This document shows positions 25,501-37,756 of a DNA stretch of 64,000 nucleotides, in pieces; position 1 is the first letter of the stretch, and each line of letters begins with the position of its first letter. Under the pieces are notes generated by a model. The model was not told where the DNA came from. It saw only the letters and a list, made by a program, of their open reading frames with translations, and ran no database searches. The translations under genes and the position numbers were made by a program. Source of the DNA: Ramazzottius varieornatus (lineage: Eukaryota > Animalia > Tardigrada); assembly GCA_001949185.1 (NCBI GenBank), contig BDGG01000010.1, forward strand, positions 1,559,773 to 1,623,772, given 5' to 3'.

Positions 25501-28500
25501 AGATTTGATGCGTAAAAGTGGCAATTTATTTTCATGGTCGGCTTTTTCCGAATTTACAGAAAGGATCGGATATCATCTACGGTTTTATCCGAACCAACGG
25601 CATGCCGCGCTTGGTTGAAGCTTTCGCGGCTGACTACATGGCTCCAGTTCGTGACTTCCGGAATGAGATCCGAGTCATTGACGGTGGTCGCACAGGAAAC
25701 CGAGCTTTCTTCCACTTCGCTCGAAAGCTGACCACGCGTAACCCGAATAACTTTGACTTCGGAAATGGTCGCTGTCCGTTCTTCAAGTTCCCTGTCCTGG
25801 GTGGCTCATTCGACCCGAACACTCTGATGATCGACAAACACCAGCGTACTCCGATAGTCAGTCCAACGCGGATATGCCTCAAGTCCTGCACCGCACCACG
25901 AGTAACCAAACCACCAGGCAAGGTGCTCATGGTACCTCCGACAGTTCCTTCCGTAGTGCGACCTGTTCAAGAGCCAGTGGGCTCTGGCAGTGTGGAGAGA
26001 CCTGTGGTGACGTCGGCGTCTGCGAAGAACGCGTCGAGTAATTCTTCTCCGGATGGGAGTGTGCTGAGCTGTGTCGGTGAATTCCGGTTCCCAGATGGGT
26101 GTACGCCTTCCACATGTGAATATGTGGCGCAGTGGGAGTATGTCGGACCCACTGACGAGATAAAGTTCAACGTCATATCCTCTCGGCCTGATGAATGGAC
26201 AGGTACAGTAACTCGACCTATTGTGTTAACAAAGTACAACCGTCTGTCACGTACTTACATACAGCCCGAGGCGGCCAAGTGACTACCACCTACATACAAG
26301 ATTAGAGAATTCTCGACAGGGTTTTTGCGCAAATTCGAAACTGATCTTCTTTGGTCTAAAATTCTTTTCTAACCTCCTAAAAAATAACTGGTTAGAAATC
26401 TGCCCAGTGGACGTCGAAATCGGCGTGAAACCGGGCATGGTGAACAGTGGAAACCGCCAACAACTTTTGTAGTTTTCGGAGTCCATTTCCAAAATTTATT
26501 TCTGAGTTTGCAGTTGACAGTCTGCGGTGATCTTATTTGAAACAAATAGAACAAGGACCTGGCCACATTAAGAATGGTCGAAAGCATGAATCTACCGTTT
26601 GAGGCAAGAGCAACAAGTTTTGCCGCAAAGGGGGATTTCCCGGCAAAATGGCCAAATTCAACAGTTTTAATTTTCTTGCCAAGTTAGTGTGGCTATTTTA
26701 TGGTATTATTTGGTTTTAAATTACAAGCTAGATAGTCTCACGTGCGTTAAAATCAAGCTGCGGCTTCATAACCAAACACGGAATTTTAAAAGTAAGGTTT
26801 TGGTCATGGAAAGGTATCTTCCCCACCGGAAGTCATGCCGATCAACTTTCCCAGACTATCTCTCAGCCGATGTGAATCTGCCATATTTCAGTGGAAATAG
26901 CTTGAAAAGTTCTTTGAGATGTGTGGAGGAGCGGACGATAAAACGTAAACTGATTTTTTCATAGCGCTTTGAGCAAGTGGTAGTCACTTGGCCGCCTCAG
27001 GCTGTGCATCCAGCTGTAATTTTCTCATGGAATTTCTGGATGCGTGTGCGCGTGATTTATATCGGGAGCTCTCACATGAGACACTAAAGACAGAAATTTA
27101 GAGTTTCTGCTTCAACTATTCTTCTTCACCTGACCAGCTTTATGCTGTTCCAGGTATCGGATTCAACGACAAGCGACAAATGCCTGGTGCCGATATCTTG
27201 TACGGATGGGTGGACCCAGACACTGCCAAGCCCACACTCGTGGATGCTTCTGCAAGTGCCTACGTCACGCCAACACGAGATCTGAGACAAGATGGCAAGA
27301 ATGTGACGGGAAAACGCCTGGACCAGATCATGTCCTTGTCGTTCACACGGAAGCGCAGCACGAACGACGACAAGGATTACCAGTTCACCGATCAGAAGTG
27401 TCCGTACTTCGTGTTCCCCATCCGTGGTGGAGAGTATGATCCGGGTTCAATGATGATCATGAAGCACAAAAGCACGCCGATGGTTTCGACGTCGAGAGTG
27501 TGTATCACATCTGCCTGCGCTCCAGCAAGTAAGTCTAGGGAGGAGCCCAATCATTTGTTATAACACATTTTCTACTGTAATGAGTGGATATTTTGACATC
27601 CTCTGTTATTTCAAATTTTACTTAATGTTTATTCCTCTTAGCATTACCGCCTCCATCAGCCCTTTCCACACCTCCGCCCAACGATAGCCTTCGAGGCCCG
27701 GTGCTCATGACGGACCTTGCCAACTCCAACGCAACTGCTCGGGAAAGCCCAACGACTACTCTGCCACCTCCACCCAGAACGAAAGCTGTTGTCTTACCAC
27801 CCGATCCATGTAAGATGATACTCCTGTAACTGCCCACTGAAAAATTGTTTCGGGGATAAGGACATGGCAGAATAAATGTGTAGCACTTTGTATTTTCTTC
27901 AGTTTCCTACATGCCATGTGAGGGTCAATGGCGCTACCCAGAGAACTGTGTGGAACCCAACTGTATTTATGTCGCATCATGGAACTACTTGGACGATGCC
28001 GATGCAATTCGCTTTGTCGTCAAAGCTAAGGCGACCGGCTGGACCGGCATCGGATTCAACGACGACATGATGATGGTCAGTGATTCTTCCATAGCCTCCA
28101 GCATGGTTTACTACAGCGTACAGCACACTAGAGACCTTATTGATTACGTTTTGATAGGCCGGTACCGATGCAATCATTGGTTGGGTCACCAGCAAGAACA
28201 CCGTGGTGGTCACGGATCGCCATGCGGAGGGTAACAGTGGCGCCCCTATGGCCGATGAACAGACCGTGTACGATGTGGGTGGTCGTCGCGAAGATGGCTA
28301 TCAGATCATCGAGTTTACAAGAAAGCGGGATACCCAGGACCCTAACGGACAACACTACGTCTTTGGTGACCAAAAGTGTCCGTTCTTCATTTTCCCCGTG
28401 GTCGGTGGCGGATATGACAGTTATGGCGGCATTCAAGCACATAGCCTGAAAGCTAAACCGAAAATTTCGCCGCAACGAATTTGCGTTAGAAGCTGCAATA

Positions 28501-29768
28501 TTGGTGAGTTGGGAAACCATAAATGTAACTGGATAATGCTTCAACTGTAAAGTTTTCTGAACAGATGTTCCACGCCGAATGGTCGTTTCTTTCCGCATTG
28601 TGGATCGATCATGGTCTCCCGAGTTGGAATCAAGACAGACAGCAGCGTTCAAGAAGCTAGAAGCTGAACTTGCAGATCCGCTGGGGAAGCTCTTCGGGAA
28701 CACACCGGGATATCGAGGCAGCCGAGTCATCGCTTTCCGACCCGGAAGTGTGGTAGCTGATGTGGAGATCGCCATCGACCCAACAGCCAATCAGACTTCC
28801 GTAGCTGGAGCTAAGATTATTAAAATGATCCTGATGAATCAAGTACAGCAGAAGCAGCAGATCGGTCTCTTCGCTGTCGACCCGGCTAGCCTTTCGATCT
28901 CAAACGCCGAACGTAGGTCTTGCTGTTCCTTCCATTTGACTGAACTCCGTTCGGCTTGTGAATGGACTCACTATGCTAATGGGGTTTTTATTCGCAGAAA
29001 TTGTATTGAGCTCGGGAACAACAGCTCGTACCGACGTAGTCTCCCAGTCCACGTCGAACAAAGCACCTGAATCCGAAGTGCGGACGTACGCTATCATAGG
29101 TGGCGTTGTTGGTCTTATCGCTATCCTTCTGTTCTTGGCTTTCGGTAAAGTCTGGTACGATCGCAAAGCCCGGCTAGAACGTCGACTTCAACGCGAGGTA
29201 GGGTCTTAAACTCATACGATTGGGTTTCTTCTCAGTCTCTGTGGCAAGTATTTTGAGGTAACTGTGTATATCAATGCAGCAAAAGCCAGGAGTACCTGCT
29301 AGACAGGCGCTGGTCGCCATCGGTCCACCGCAGTATCCACGTCGACAGAGCCGAAGCAGCTCTATTGAACCCGTACGGTCGGAAGGACATGGCCAGAGTC
29401 CATCCATCTTCCCCATGCCGACCGGTATGCGAAATGGGAGCCGACCAGACAGTTCGCTGACAAGAACAAGCTCGGCCAACCCTCCTCCCGACTACTACGA
29501 CAACGACTCCAACGGAAAGGTTTCTCGGAAAACGCGACGCACAGCCATAGCTGACGAACATCCACTCCATCGGCTAAGTACCAACGAAAGTGATCGGACG
29601 TTTACAACTTACAGCAGCGATCAGTCCAGACATATTAACAGGAAGAAGACCCAAGACGCCTTGCAAGAGTGGGATCGAGTCGACGACAGTGACTACAAGC
29701 GACCACCAGACTTTTACTTCATGCCCAGCCAGCGACGCTGGACCCAAGTTCCTCAAACTTTTCAATAA
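16587..29768 (+). CDS. nahoda: Nahoda-like type I membrane protein: signal peptide, LPMO-like His1 domain, 2 EGF, 7 DOMON, Thr/Ser-rich stalks, SEA, TM, cytoplasmic tail (many exons)
   Basis: Exon1 ATGAAATGGATTATCG|gtaag (16587-16602) joins 17104 to give MKWIIDFLIAVLLNSTPTSHVSA|HVVLTYPPARKYALDFLDN; EGF repeats 18333-18667; DOMON WxxIGF..M..SD...G and KH motifs; SEA FRPGSVV at ~28735-28755; TM YAIIGGVVGLIAILLFLAF; ends DFYFMPSQRRWTQVPQTFQ*. Orthology to Drosophila nahoda is from memory of architecture. Confidence 0.85.
20008..20161. mobile_element. ~150-bp GC-rich foldback element in an intron (old hAT-type MITE candidate)
   Basis: agcgcgggc..ctcgtctccc / gggagacgag..gcccgcgct arms; flanks ccgataaa and ccaatcaa (6/8 match) resemble an 8-bp TSD. 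Confidence 0.55.
21271..21314 (+). repeat. (CTT)14 microsatellite, intronic
   Basis: Direct reading. Confidence 0.97.
26262..27004. mobile_element. Non-autonomous Tc1/mariner-type DNA element (~743 bp) in the intron splitting DOMON 6
   Basis: TIRs cagcccgaggcggccaagtgactaccac / gtggtagtcacttggccgcctcaggctg (1 mismatch); flanks TA and TG. Confidence 0.85.
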
Positions 29769-29927
29769 GGAAAAAAATCAACTCTGAATAGCAGAACAGT
29801 CCTAAGTTACTTACGCTCCCCAAGTTGATCTTTCAAACCATTTGTTCTTTTTAAGCTCAGATTACTACAAATACTCGAACAATGCCTCAGCATAACTAGC
29901 TGAACTAGCAACAAGAAAATAAAACAT

Positions 29928-32562
29928 CTAAAATTCAGGAAGTATGAAGTTTGTGGACGGCGTAGAAGAAGCGGAGAACCGTGCGTGATTCCCAGGCCGA
30001 TCTGGACCTCGCCGAACCCGTGCATCACCAGTTCGTCCTCTAGAAAGAAGCCACCACTGCAATGCTGACAGAGAGAAAGTGGTGTACAGATTAATTACAT
30101 CTGAGAGCGGAGGTTCTGCTCCGAGTGGGGAACGGTAGGAAGACTGTTGGTTTGCTTGAGCGTGGCCTTCGAAGCACCTAATGGGAGAAAAATCTGACAA
30201 ATGTGCAAGTGAAGTTTTTAACACGGTTGGGTTTCTGAGATATAGGCCTCACGCTGTCTTCTGTCGAGCTGGTCTTCTTTGGGCTCGTACGCATTGGTGA
30301 CCTTGCTGCCACTCGTACGAACTCGAGGTAAGGCATAGTCTGGAGCAAGTTCCCCTCTGTCTTTGAGCATTTTATTCCTAGGAAAAATACGGATTAGTCA
30401 ACTCAGGCAAACAAATTTACCGGCAGTGCAGGTACGAACATGTTAGCTTGAGCCAGTATTTCCAGTCCAGGTGAAACTCCAAACGACGGATCGTACTGCA
30501 TGCAGCTGACAAGTTCCTCGTCCGTCATGTAAACGAGGCGCACACAGTCCATCAGGCGGGCGAGGTGTTTTAATCTTTCCGCCCTTTTGTGGTTTATCCA
30601 GGACATCGCTGCTTCGAACACTTCGAACTCGGACTGTAACAAGACAAGAAGTTATCGCAGCCGCCAAGACATAAAAATTCGACATGTTCGTCTGGTCGAA
30701 AATCGCGGACCGCTGTGACGTATCCAGTCATGACGTCACGAGAAACCAAAACAAAAGAATCTTTCTGATTTCCGATTTTCCATCTTCAGACTCAGAGAGC
30801 CCGGTTATAGGTTACAGTTCAGCTTCCACTCAACCATTGAATAAAAACTGTCTTCTTCAAGAGTTCTGTTCTTGTTGACTTGTTTCTAGGTCTATAGTGT
30901 TCTGGCAAGGACGCGACTCTAGGAACAACAGAGTCAATGGCAAACGGCGGCCATGGAACGAAATAGACGAAGCGCAAACGGCTAAACTGGTAAATGATTA
31001 ACCGAAGTCCGAACCGTGTTGCAGCTCTTATTCTGAACTCTACCGGGATTTTTGGACATATGGCCGTAAGAAGTGCAGTGCTCGGGGACTCACCTTAACA
31101 ATGAGGTGGTCGGAGCTGAGAATCTTGACAACGGTATTCAGGCTCTGTTCCTGGAAGGACGATCTGGAACAGAAGGCTTTAAAATCTTTCGTAAACTTTG
31201 ACCATGCTATCCGTTGCAGATCTTCCACTCCGAGTTCTGTCGCAGCTTGGATTGTCTGGACGATGTTCTGATCCTGTAAAAGCGCAAGAAGCCGACGTAT
31301 AGAAAGAGAATACCAGAACGCGGATTCAGCTGTCCTTACCTCCAGAAGTCGTTCCATGATCTTGTTACATCGCGCCGCAATGACGTAAACTTCCAGTTCC
31401 TTTGCCACATTTAGTATTGAGACCAGGGTTGTTAACTCTATCTATCACAAAGAAGAGCTGCGATGGTTCCAGTCATTGCTCATGACCGTTTTGTTAAGTT
31501 TTGCAGGTATGGAACCAGTACTGGAACATGCTACGTACCTCAAGTTTGGCCATGTACATGAAGTCGACCACGAGGAGAACGGCGCGGGTTTGAAGATCGT
31601 TGCTCAGTGTCACGATGATCGGAAATGTGCTTGTACTGTGAAAGTCTCTGGCTTCTTTTTCGCAGAGACCGGAATGGGCAACGACGACGGCGGAGTGGAC
31701 GGGGATCTGCGTCTCGGCAGTCTTCAGGACGATGTCGCACAAAGCACCGGTCTTCTTCAACCTGATGTACGTCTGGTGGATCCTAAAGAACAGACGGCAA
31801 AGTCAGCAGGTAAGAAGAACAAGTAACGCAGTGAAAATGTGTAGTTCTGTCAAGCAGAAATCACTCTTGCAGAGATAGTGCGAGGATTTGTGGAATGGGG
31901 ACTTATATTTCGGTCTTTCAAGAAAGGGTTGGAATTGGGAAAGAAACCCGGAAGAAAATTGTAAGGAAGGTTTTTGGGGAAGGCTTTGATTTATACGGTA
32001 CTTCATAAGATGCGCCGTCCGGTATCTGCGAAGCAGGTCCTCGAACTCTCTCTGCAGAGTTTTCTTGACGGCCTTCTTGACAATGGTCCCCGCATCCTTC
32101 TTCGTTCGATCAATGCGATAGGCTAGATCGTCTCGAGGATAGTAACTGTCGGCCTGAAAACTGTCGCTTCCCGATTCACTCGATTGTTGAAAGTCTGAAA
32201 CCGGAAGTGTGTGATATTTTTATGTTTGAATAATAGAACACAAACGCCGGGTCATTTATCTTGATATTCCAGCGGAAGTGCTCGCTTTTCTGCTCACCGC
32301 TGTAATCAGAGACCGCAGCTTCCGCTTGACCCGACTCTCGATTTTTTCCCTTTGGTCGCTCTTCTCTCGGCTGAATGGCCGGAGCGGAAACGGTCTGATT
32401 CAGCTCAGTTCTGCCTTGGTTAGCAATAGCGTGACGGGGGTGGTATGTTCGATAGGATAGCTCAGATTGTTGGTCGGGATCGAAAGTTACGCCGTCTGAT
32501 GTTAGCTCAGTAACTTCCGAATCCGAACTGCTCAACAGTCTCGTCTGGTGATTATTAGGCAT
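29928..32562 (-). CDS. BTB/POZ-BACK domain protein without visible kelch repeats (multi-exon; ends approximate)
   Basis: LCDIVLKTAETQIPVHSAVVVAHS (BTB); SEFEVFEAAMSWINHKRAERLKHLARLMDCVRLVYM (BACK); long disordered N-terminus. Confidence 0.8.
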
Positions 32563-32776
32563 TGATAGTTCAGAGGCATTGATATGGGCAGAACACAACG
32601 TTCAAACAGATATATCAAGAAATCATGTTTTGAATATCCGTTTAGAGTTTGAATGGGCTTTGCGCCCTAGCTCTGTATGTCCAAAATATTGGTTGGGGTA
32701 CGGCTGTAAGAACTGTGATGAGTTTCCTCAGCAACACAACCGGCTTTTCTCCCTTGACTTCCTCCGAAGAACCTGA

Positions 32777-33549
32777 CAGTCTTGTATTTAGTTATACTCT
32801 AGAGTAAAATCAATTTACTCTTTTCTTCAGTTACAGTTTTTACTCGCGAGAGTTAAAACTGAGAGTAAAACTAAAATGCCGAGACCAAAACTCAAAAGCC
32901 AGAGATTGAAATGTAAAGGCCGAGAGTGACATTCAAATCCATAAGAGTAGAACTGACACACAAAACGGAAATTCTCCGGAGTGAAACTTCAATGGCGAGA
33001 CAAAATTCAAAATTTGAAGACTGAAAACTGAAATCTGGGACTAAAATGAGGATGTCAAGAGGAAACCACGATTCTATACCATCGGTTATGAAATTACCAA
33101 CTTGTCCTCTGATGCCAAATTTTGTTGATTTCGAGAATATGTGCGCGGAACCTTGAAGATATTTGGCGAACCTTGCTACTTCTGGTTTCCATGCGAGTGT
33201 GGTCGACCACACTAGAAAACACCCTGAAGTTTAAAGTCAGGAATAAAATTCAGATTCAAAAAACTAAAATTTTCCTGAAAAGTTCAATCTAGATTGTTCG
33301 GGACTGAAAATAAACCTCGGGACTGGAATTGAAATGGAATTGGAAAAAAAATGGAATTGGTCGGGAGTAAAACTAAATCTCCGGAGCATAGCTGAAATTC
33401 GGGATAGTAAAATGCAGTTGAACGAGAGTAAAACTAAATTGGTTGGGAGTAAAACTGTATTATGAGAACTGAAACTGTGATCCGTGAGAGTGAATTATTT
33501 TACTCTGGAGTAAAACTGTAACTAAATCTGGAAATAAATCTGTACACTG
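32777..33549. mobile_element. Non-autonomous hAT-type element with perfect 8-bp TSD GAACCTGA
   Basis: gaacctga at 32769-32776 and 33550-33557; CAGT...ACTG ends; subterminal inverted atttagtta..ctctagagtaaaat; many internal gagtaaaact motifs. Confidence 0.85.
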
Positions 33550-36500
33550 GAACCTGAAGGCTCGAAGAATGAAACCATTCATCCCCAAATAGTTTTCGGA
33601 AGTCTTCCTTTAACTCAGGAATGCTGCACAAGTCGCGAATTTTACTCCGCTTTGTCTAGTTCAAACATTATTGTTTCGAAGGTTTTCGATGGCGCCGTCT
33701 GTGTGGTCATCAGTGTGGATCGAGACCCACTTTCTGGTTACATCACCACACCTGTTTTGTATCGTGATCGCGCAGACCACTTTCGGTTCATTCAGACTAA
33801 TTACGGCCATTTACGGCACCACGAAAGGAAACTCGATGCCAAATGTTATTCTTCTGGTGGTCCGCATGTTTAACAGATCGAGAAATTAGTGCAGATGGCC
33901 TTCGACGGATGGTTTGATGAGTGGAACTTTGTTGTGTCTTTAGTTTTCGCTTTTTCTTTCGTGTTGACTGTGCGTGTTGGTCACATCTGACAGCTCTAGG
34001 TCGACGCGTGATCTTTTGATATCAACATGCTTACTCTGCTAGGTCAAACGAATTTCCTTTATGATCAAACCGCACGAAGACCTGTTGAGGCCACCGTTAT
34101 GCTAACAACGACCTCCAACGTTATTACTATTTCAATTTATTTCGGTAAATTGATTTGACGTGTTGAGCTGGCGCAACGAGAAATGGAGTAGGGGGATTAG
34201 CCTACAATCGGACTATGGTCCGACAAGAAAATCTGTAGTCCTGTCTTGTCGGTAGGTCAAGCTGTCGTCGCTTGCATATAGACTTCGAAGAAGCACTTAA
34301 TTTGCGTTCACCGACAGCTTTTGTTGGGCATTCGTTCTCGTATTCGTTCCAGTCAATCTTTTGTCTTTATGGAGGTGCGCCTTTGTGCTTACTTTGTAGA
34401 TTGAACAAATTAGTTGGAAGCGGCGTTTTCTTAACATTGGGGGTAAGGAATCTGACAAGTGCTTGTGGATGGCTTGGAAAGGCAAGCGACCAGGTAGCTC
34501 AAGACTTTTACGAGCGTATTTGCTTAGTAGGCTGTTTGCGCTTGCTAGTGAATGGAGTTGCAGTTACGGGCCACCACAATAAACGGTTTATAGCATGTTG
34601 ATTGTATCATAAAAGTAGCATGTTTCGCGCTAGCCGCTAATAAAGCATATGCAAGCGTCGGACAGAAGGGGGAATTGCGAGTAAATTGGTGCTGGGTACC
34701 ATACTGGGCAGCTGATGAGAGAATGTGCGCACAACAAGGGCCATAATACTCACGGAGCCGACGTGAGCCTTGTCAAGGTGAAGGAAGTGCCGGAGAACTC
34801 GTCGAGAGCAGATGGTGGCGGCTGTTATAAAAATGCCGGGTGGACCGTATACTGTGACTGTATGTGTAGATCAATTAACAAGAAGCCAAAGAAAACCCGA
34901 CCGGATATAAAGTACACTAGTGTGGTGCTTTGTGTAATCTGGCCAAACATACAGCAGCCTCGGTAAAAAGGCCACATATTAATCTGCAGGAAAATGATTG
35001 AGCAAACAAGTCGTAAAGTAAAGTTTATTTGGGGTAGATTGCGGCTGGCAGTCGTGGCCGGTCGATCTAGTCGAGGTAAAACCATAAAGCACCCAGAAAG
35101 AAATGACCAGGTCGCGTTATGCTGACCAAATAATACGAAGACTCGCGAATGATCTGGCGGCAGAATTTTCATTTTCTCAAGTTGGATTTTACCGAGTCTT
35201 GGCTGTTTAAAGATTGAGACAGTTTGATGGCGATCAAGAAGATTTACTATTCACTGCCTCTCGTCGTGAAGGCTGGTATGACGGAAGTTGCAGTTAAAGT
35301 TTGAGTTTGGCTGAATAGCGGGATGAGAAACGGAGAACGGGAAAGCAAAGACTTGCGTGCGGAAAGACATTAAAAGTGCTTTTTCTGCTTTTTCACCATC
35401 GTTTCATTTTCTTGCCACGCCCAGCCGTGCGAAAGAAAATTAAACGCGGAGGTTTACCATCAAAATATCAATCTTCCACAGCCGCCAGTTGAAGGAAGGC
35501 GGTCTTCGTGCCACTAGCCCATCAATTTTCTTGAACTCGGCGGAAAAAAATAGAATGTTGAGTTGAAACGAGTTTTCGAACTTCCATTACTCACGTAGAG
35601 TGATTCAACATTCAAGACTTTTAAGGTCCTAACCGCATGAAAATATCCGTAATTTCTGCAGCAGACTGAAACATTACTACGAGTTGCCACGCCCAGTTTG
35701 CATATGAACGTTTTGATCTTGATAGTTCGATTCCGTTTCGTGGGGGAGAATTCATCTGCGCTGCGAACGAGAACAAGGGAAGAATATGAAGAAGGCTATG
35801 AAAGCAGACGTGTAACAACAATTGTCATCTTTGTGAGATACATATCTGATAGAGATTCTTGCAGACTTCGTCACGCCCTGAAACATCAACAGATGTACCG
35901 CAACCTATAATTACGGGTCGTTTTCTCATCAAGAATTTTAAGCTCTTTTGTGAGAAAAATACGGCACACGAGTCGAGGATGTTTTAGCTAGGAGGCTTTT
36001 TCTGCTCTGGTGCGTAGAGTCGCTCATTTTTCATCCGATGGCACCTAATAATCACCAGTTCACATTTTTGAAATATTCTCTCGAAATTATTGTTGGCATA
36101 ACCTCTGCGAACCACGGCGTAATACCTGGTAGAATGCGGTACATCGTACCAGATGGACTTGAAGTGAATGTTGAGTAATCCGCACAAAAGAAAGGACAGC
36201 CAGCACAATACACTCGAAGAAATAACAACATAACAATATCGATTTTGCTAAGCTTGACATGGCCACTTTTGCCCAGGCCTTTTTCCATCTTACCAATCAA
36301 AGGTATGCACTTGTAATTGTATGTTTAAGAAAGAAAAACACTACTCGGATATGCTCGCTTGATTCCAGTTTTTTCTTTTATTGTTCAGAAATACTTCACT
36401 GGCTCTCAAGCTAATTTTCACTAACAGCTGCGGCAGGAGGGACTACGAGAGCAATATTGCAACATGCAAAAAACTTTATGGCGTGGACCGATCAACGATC

Positions 36501-36590
36501 GTATCATTACCGCTTATCGCAGTTTTATTCAAATTTTTGATACATGAGTGAATTTGATATGGAAGGTCCGCGAACGAAATGTATCCGCTT

Positions 36591-36653
36591 TCACGCACCT
36601 GCCTACATGTTCATCTCGTCGAATCATAAGGGTCCTTGTATGCAGGTGCTTGA
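36591..36653. repeat. Short palindromic repeat family A (CACCTGCATAC-N~30-GTATGCAGGTG), one of about 7 copies
   Basis: Copies near 3182-3245, 36591-36653, 40298-40363, 43163-43216, 43271-43322, 48689-48745, 49764-49823. Confidence 0.7.
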
Positions 36654-37756
36654 CAGCTGGCAGAGTTATCTGCGGACATCCTGTGTTTTGAACTCCTGCA
36701 ATCCGCTCTTCATTTCGCATTTTCTTGCCGCGTCGAAGATCGTCCTCCGAGCTCCCCAAACTATATTCATTCAAAGAAAAATAACTTCAGTATTTCGGCA
36801 AACAACTACAGGAAAAACGTGCCTTTTGGTTAACCCTTTCTCTGGTGCGCCTTCGCTAGAAGTACGTATCATGGTTTAGTGCAAAATTATGCGTGATCAG
36901 TGAGACGATACTTTTCTGGCAAGAACATGCGTTAATTTAACCGCTGCGTCGGTTGGTGTCAGACAGATATGTCAACAGAGGCTTTGCCCTGTGGAAAACC
37001 ATGGCCTTCTTTCGGCGAACTCGGAGATCCCCTCAGAGACTAAATAGGTATTTCGAGGTCTGCATAGTAAAAAGGAAGCTTTGTAGGAGTGACCAGTGGT
37101 CAGTTAAGGCGTGGCTTGGAGCATGGCTGATAAGATTGGTGGGTGCGTATGGTATAGGCGTAGACCAGAAGAGAACAGCCAATGGATAAGCTGATAAGGT
37201 TTCCGCCTGTTGCAGCGAGCTTATCACCGTTATCAGGCATACCCACTGATGCATTTCTGGTAGCTCGGTGTTTAGTGTGCTTTTAGTTTCGAAACGCTTC
37301 CCGCTTAGTCTATCGTATGTCCGTGTAAATGTTGGCTAGTTGGTTATACAGTAGTTAGAAGCGTGTTGAATTTGATAACGATCGAGTGGTCAGTTGGGGG
37401 TATCGTTGGAGGTACTTTGCAAACATTTATGCCAGCTTCATTGGATAGTTTTGTCAGTGTGCTCGGACAGTTCGCTCGTCCATCTTGTTGAGCATCCCCA
37501 GCTAAGGTTTTCAAGTGTCCCATCTCTTCCTCATCGGCCATGATCGTACTCGGCGCACACTTTGCCAAATTACCGCTGCGCATGTAGATCAGGGAAGAGG
37601 ATCAGGAGGTCTTGACTGATCGTATTTATTCGAGTGTTTTGCCTGATGATATATGATGGATTGCCTGTTTGCTCCGTGCCGGCCATTTCCCAGCCTTTTC
37701 ATCGGCTTTTGAAGATCTGTTGATATTTTAATCTCTCTTTGCGGGACGAAAGTAAA

